DNA from: Acidobacteriota bacterium
Lineage (GTDB): Bacteria; Acidobacteriota; UBA890; WLXD01
Reading direction: 5' to 3'
Assembly (NCBI GenBank): GCA_963666215.2
Contig: CAXWPL010000001.1
Coordinates: forward strand, 1-64,000
Length of the DNA stretch: 64,000 bases
The translations under genes and the position numbers were made by a program. The notes under the pieces were generated by a model. The model made no database searches. It had not been told where the DNA came from and saw only the letters and a program-made list of their open reading frames with translations. Shown one piece after another: positions 58,440-64,000 of the stretch. Every line of letters starts with the position of its first letter. Positions within the stretch are counted from its first letter, which is position 1.

Positions 58440-59348
58440 TCAGAATTCGATCGACACCATGCCGCCCACGCGGCGGAGTGCGAAAAGCCGATCGAGGAAG
58501 CCACCGTCCGTTTGCGTCAGGGCGCGGAACTCGCGGAAATCGAGCCGGATAGCCATATGATCGCTCACGTAGTAGCGCACGCCGAACCCCAGCGCCAACA
58601 GCGGCCCGCGCTCGACCTCGTCTCCGAGCTCGATCCCGAAAATTTCGAGCTCTTCCTGAACCGCGGCTTGAAGGTCGATCTCGGCGTGATAGAAGCCGCC
58701 ACCGATCGCGAGGTAGGGTGCCATCTTCGCCGAGCGCGCACCCGATTGCAGAATCACGCTGAGTAGCCCGTGATACACACGGCCGCTGGGGCCGAAGGTG
58801 GCAGCGCCCTCGAGCTCCAAACCGAGCGCGGCTGTCGTGGGCCGGAAGTAGGCCAGCGTCGCACCCACCTGGCCCGAGGAAGAACCGACGAGCTGGGCCG
58901 CGCCGAAGAGGTTGAGCTGGAAGCCGCCGACGCGATCGAGCGTGGGTCGGTTGCCGTCCGTCAGCACCTGCTGAGCTCGACTGGCTGATGGTGCCAGGTC
59001 AAGCGATTCCCTGATGGCGATAGGCCGGATTCTGAACACCACGGGCGCCACAGGCACGCCCGCCGCTGCGGTCGTGTCGCCGCGTCGCGTCGCGTCGCCG
59101 ATATCGCCGATCGCAACCAGCGAGGGCAGGCGGAATCCGCCAACGGCCCCAACGATTCGAGCGAGGCCGGAAGGATTCTCGGGTGCTGCGTCGCGCACGG
59201 CGGACGCGGCAATCGGCTCGTTGCCCTCCCACTCGCCAACATCTTGGGCCCACGCTGGCGTGGCCACGCTCGCACCGGCGATGACCGTCAGCGCGACCGC
59301 GACCAGCGGCACGAGTCTGCCCACGCTGTGGCCTGAGCGAGTCATCAA
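58440..59348 (-). CDS. Outer-membrane beta-barrel domain protein
   Basis: Signal peptide; PYLAIGGG, LGFGVRYY and IRLDFR beta strands; terminal Phe. Confidence 0.75.
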   Translation of the reverse strand: MMTRSGHSVGRLVPLVAVALTVIAGASVATPAWAQDVGEWEGNEPIAASAVRDAAPENPSGLARIVGAVGGFRLPSLVAIGDIGDATRRGDTTAAAGVPVAPVVFRIRPIAIRESLDLAPSASRAQQVLTDGNRPTLDRVGGFQLNLFGAAQLVGSSSGQVGATLAYFRPTTAALGLELEGAATFGPSGRVYHGLLSVILQSGARSAKMAPYLAIGGGFYHAEIDLQAAVQEELEIFGIELGDEVERGPLLALGFGVRYYVSDHMAIRLDFREFRALTQTDGGFLDRLFALRRVGGMVSIEF

Positions 59349-60265
59349 AAGAGCACCGCGCTTCCGGTGGGAAAGTCAGCCGTGCGGTTGATCAGTGTGA
59401 TGATCTCTCCGCCCCGCAGGCCAGCGGGCAGGAAACCCTCCAGAACGATGAGCTGCGAGCGCGTGGCGACATCCTCGAAGCGTCCTTCCAGCGAAACGGT
59501 GATGCGCGTTCCGGAGAGGTCGAGCGGGAAGATCAGGCTGGAACCCTCGGGGGGGTTGATCAGGAAATCTTCGCCTGGAGCCTGGGGAGCCGGATCGACA
59601 CCGCTGAAGGAGTTGATCGTGTCGGGCATTTCGGGATCTTCGAAACGTCCTAGCGTCAGGGTTTCGCCGGCCGTGTCGATGAACAACTCATAGGTCAGTT
59701 GCTGCGTCGGGGCGGGCAAGGACAGCGACGGATCGCCTGCGGAGTCCACGAACCAGAAGCCAGAGCTCTCGTTGCTATCGGGACCGTTCGTGGGTGTAAA
59801 GATGCGTACGCTGCCGTTGCCGCTAGCGATTTCGCCAGGGAAGGGCACCGAGAGCGGGGCGACATTGTTGACGAATGCTCCCGAGAGAATCTGAAAAGAG
59901 GAGGGACCCTCCACCTGTCGCCCAATGGGCTCGAACGTAACGAGCACTCCCAGTGCGTCGCCGGCATTGAAGGTGGTGGCCTCGAATTGTTGGAACGGCT
60001 GCCCGTCGAGGTCCACGATCTGCCCGGCGGCGTCGACGTTGAACGGGCCGAGAGGCTCGGTGCGATTGCGCTCGAATACCGCCCACGCGTGGTAGGTGCC
60101 CTCGTTTACTGTCAGCGGCACGAGCCCCGTAACGCGCAGCAGCACGCCGCGCACCTCGCCGGTGGCTCGCACCAACGGACTGAACTCAGTGGGTGTGCCG
60201 CCGCAGGCCATTGCAGAAAAGAGCAAGGCCGCGGCCGCGATGGTTGCTATGAGCGAGCGTTTCAT
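59345..60265 (-). CDS. Hypothetical lipoprotein
   Basis: MKRSL.. signal with SAMAC lipobox; overlaps the barrel gene start. Confidence 0.75.
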   Translation of the reverse strand: MKRSLIATIAAAALLFSAMACGGTPTEFSPLVRATGEVRGVLLRVTGLVPLTVNEGTYHAWAVFERNRTEPLGPFNVDAAGQIVDLDGQPFQQFEATTFNAGDALGVLVTFEPIGRQVEGPSSFQILSGAFVNNVAPLSVPFPGEIASGNGSVRIFTPTNGPDSNESSGFWFVDSAGDPSLSLPAPTQQLTYELFIDTAGETLTLGRFEDPEMPDTINSFSGVDPAPQAPGEDFLINPPEGSSLIFPLDLSGTRITVSLEGRFEDVATRSQLIVLEGFLPAGLRGGEIITLINRTADFPTGSAVLF

Positions 60266-60317
60266 CCGTCCGCGTCCAGGGCGTCCAGGCGATAGCGAGG
60301 AGAGTAGTTTTTCGACG

Positions 60318-60701
60318 TCAAGCGTTGTTTGTGGCAGCGTGACGCTCGAGTTCTTCGAGCATCAGCCAGTACAGCGCCTCGTGGTCCGACTGTCCCTGCT
60401 CCAGCCCCTTGCTCCAAGCCTTCAGGACACGCTCGTGGGAGACGCCGTAGTCGGCGAGCCAGCGGCGTGCGTCGTACCAGGTTGGCAGCCACGTGAACCC
60501 CTCTCGGAGCGCGTCCGCGCCGCCTGCGATCGTCTCTAGTGCGTTGCGACTGGTCATGAGGTGGACGCTCGCCTGAAAAGGCGAGCCCGCCTTCACAACG
60601 CCGTCGATGTCGAATACGAAATGCCCTGGCTGCGGCTGCCACTGCAGTCCGGCACCACGCAGCCTGCTGGCAAGTTGGATCTCGGACTCGGTGAAGCGCA
60701 T
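60318..60701 (-). CDS. Hypothetical protein
   Basis: GGGAGG RBS; LA..L..AGLQWQPQPG..WLPT pattern. Confidence 0.7.
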   Translation of the reverse strand: MRFTESEIQLASRLRGAGLQWQPQPGHFVFDIDGVVKAGSPFQASVHLMTSRNALETIAGGADALREGFTWLPTWYDARRWLADYGVSHERVLKAWSKGLEQGQSDHEALYWLMLEELERHAATNNA

Positions 60702-60821
60702 TGTCGATCCCTCCCGCGCCGCGTGATTGTAGCAGCAGCGAGGGCCGTGACTCTGCTCCGTCTGTTACCGCATCGGCGTCATAGGTCGATCGCGCCTCAT
60801 ACCGAGCACGAGGTGCTATGG

Positions 60822-61856
60822 CTACGGGGCTCCTGCCAGCCGGGCTCGATAGGCATCGCCGTTGTAGGCGTCGGGGTTGACGCAATTCGGCGCCGGGTTC
60901 CCAGCGAGCATTGCCAGTGCGTTGGCGGCCGCTTTGGTGGCCATGAGGTTGCGGGTGCCGCGCGTTGCGCTGCCCAGGTGGGGGAGTATGACAGCGTTGT
61001 CGAGCTCGGCGAGGCCGGGGGCCATTCCCGGCTCCTTTTCGTACACGTCGAGCCCGGCACCAGCGATCTGGCGATTGCGCAGCGCCACTACGAGGGCTGC
61101 CTCGTCGACAATCGGGCCGCGCGCCGCGTTGAGCAGGAACGACGTCGGCTTCATCAGCCCGAGCTCGCGCTCGCCGACCAGGTGCCGCGTCTCCTCGGAG
61201 AGCACCGTGTGGACCGTTACGAAATCGCTCGTCGTCAGGAGTGTGTCGAGGTCGGCCCATTCCACGAGATCCGACGCCGCGATCGCCTCGCGGGCGTACG
61301 GGTCGTAGGCGAGCACGCGCATGTCGAAGCCCAACGATCGCTTGGCCACCGCCTCGCCAATGCGGCCGTAGCCCAGAATTCCCAGAACCTTCTGCTGGTT
61401 GTCGCAACCCGGCCCGACGTCTTCGCCGAGCAGCAAGTTGGGTCCCCAAACCTTGTAGTGGCCGCCGCGCATGAAAGCGTCGCCAGGCACGATGTTGCGC
61501 GCCGCCGAAAGCAGAAGAGCCCATGTCAGGTCGGCTGTTGTGTCGGTGAGAACGCCTGGTGTGTTGCTGATGGGCACTCCGAGCTCGGTCGCAACCGGCA
61601 CATCCACGTTGTCGAAGCCAACTGCGTAGTTGGCTACCCCACGGAGGTAAGGATTGGCGCTCATGACCTCGCGGTTGATCGGCTCGGTCAGCAGGCTGAG
61701 CAGAACGTCGGCCCACTGCGCCCCCTCGATGACCTCTTCTCGCGACGGCTTGGCATCTTCCGGGCCCTCCCAAACTCTGACCTCGGCGCCGCCGTCGCGG
61801 AGCAGTTGCAGCCCAGCGTCGCGTATGCGCCGCGTAACGAATACCTTCCCCGACAT
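60822..61856 (-). CDS. D-2-hydroxyacid dehydrogenase (glyoxylate reductase/D-glycerate dehydrogenase-like)
   Basis: AVGFDNVD, NTPGVLT, GYGRIG, NAARG, LDVYEKEP and PHLGSAT. Confidence 0.92.
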   Translation of the reverse strand: MSGKVFVTRRIRDAGLQLLRDGGAEVRVWEGPEDAKPSREEVIEGAQWADVLLSLLTEPINREVMSANPYLRGVANYAVGFDNVDVPVATELGVPISNTPGVLTDTTADLTWALLLSAARNIVPGDAFMRGGHYKVWGPNLLLGEDVGPGCDNQQKVLGILGYGRIGEAVAKRSLGFDMRVLAYDPYAREAIAASDLVEWADLDTLLTTSDFVTVHTVLSEETRHLVGERELGLMKPTSFLLNAARGPIVDEAALVVALRNRQIAGAGLDVYEKEPGMAPGLAELDNAVILPHLGSATRGTRNLMATKAAANALAMLAGNPAPNCVNPDAYNGDAYRARLAGAP

Positions 61857-61951
61857 ACTCTCGACTCCTCGTAAGACGGCGCTGTGCGGCTGAAAGACGA
61901 AGGGCGCGCGCTGTGAAGATCCACCTTGATCCAGTGACTCGCGCGTGCGAG

Positions 61952-63253
<1,302 letters not shown>

Positions 63254-63433
63254 CGCGCTCTCTCCTTGATGCTCGCTGTGACGGCTTTCAGCGATCTTCC
63301 AGCGAGCGACCGCATAGACTAACATCGGCCCCGCCGGTGGCACAAAACGGGCCCTGGACATGTTCCTGAATCGCCCCATGGTCGTGCTCGCTGGTCGCTG
63401 TGGCGCCGCGACGATGCCGACTTCGGGCGGCTC

Positions 63434-63446
63434 GGGGGGGGGGGGG
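63434..63446. repeat. G13 homopolymer
   Basis: Thirteen consecutive G in an intergenic position. Confidence 0.8.
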
Positions 63447-63455
63447 TTCTCATTC

Positions 63456-63893
63456 TCATGGGCTTCCGGTGGCTACGCCCACGCCGTGCCGGAATACCAG
63501 CGAGCCACCGAAGAAGGCGCCGAGTAGCAGGACCGTGGCGCCGAACGCTGTCAGCAGCCAGTAGAGCTGCGCTCGGCGGGCCGGCGGCGCCCCTCCAGCG
63601 GCACCTCTCCAGGCGGCGCAGCAGCCGAAAACCAGCGCGGTCGCAATTCCGAGATTTCGGTGCAGCACGACCATGGCGGCGGCGGCCGCTTCGAGGGGTT
63701 GTTCGGTGGCGACTGACGCGGCCGAGTAGCCCGATAGAACAGACAGCGCTGCTGCGGTCGCGCCGAAGTAAAGCGTCCACGTGGCGACGACACGCAGCTC
63801 GGGCTCCTCGCCGATGCTGGCCAGCAGATCGCAGGTGACCGAGGTGATCAACAGGGCAACGGCGAAGTCGACGACGAGGGTGTGCGGAGCCAT
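63456..63893 (-). CDS. DUF2231-like membrane protein
   Basis: Four TMs; H..VV.F.VALL, HRNLG and GGSLVFRHGVG. Confidence 0.7.
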   Translation of the reverse strand: MAPHTLVVDFAVALLITSVTCDLLASIGEEPELRVVATWTLYFGATAAALSVLSGYSAASVATEQPLEAAAAAMVVLHRNLGIATALVFGCCAAWRGAAGGAPPARRAQLYWLLTAFGATVLLLGAFFGGSLVFRHGVGVATGSP

Positions 63894-64000
63894 GGTCGGG
63901 ATTCTATGGTTCGGATCCCATCGATGCTCGTGGTGGCTCCCACTCCGCGCGCTGCGGTTCACGATGGAGACGGCTCGATCTGCTACGCTGCCGCGCCATG

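Overview
A GC-rich bacterial chromosomal window; the gene set and order are compatible with an Acidobacteriota-like organism, but that is inference only. Housekeeping content: asparaginase, rpiA, htpX/lemA, 2-oxoacid:ferredoxin oxidoreductase alpha/beta, the mreBCD-mrdA-rodA-rng operon, a PpiD-like chaperone, nadE, csoR-copA, a D-2-hydroxyacid dehydrogenase and an aminotransferase. Accessory content: two Thr-type sulfatase-fold lipoproteins, a tandem SGNH hydrolase duplication, one IS256, two IS481 copies and a methyltransferase/FAD-oxidoreductase/type III PKS trio. The most unusual locus is about 30.6-41.9 kb. A PAS kinase and an NtrC-type activator precede a consensus sigma54 promoter with a palindromic enhancer candidate and an IHF site. 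Downstream lie 2 excisionase/BldC-like HTH genes, 5 tandem GspG-like prepilin paralogues, 3 more HTH genes, a TPR remnant and a lytic transglycosylase. Eight stand-alone Xis/BldC-like HTH genes occur within 28 kb, with no integrase in the window. A second consensus sigma54 promoter at 58.2 kb points into a GGA-rich, apparently non-coding segment that is a candidate sRNA. Several frameshifts in conserved genes suggest uncorrected sequencing indels, so pseudogene calls are tentative. No CRISPR array, rRNA or tRNA was recognised.
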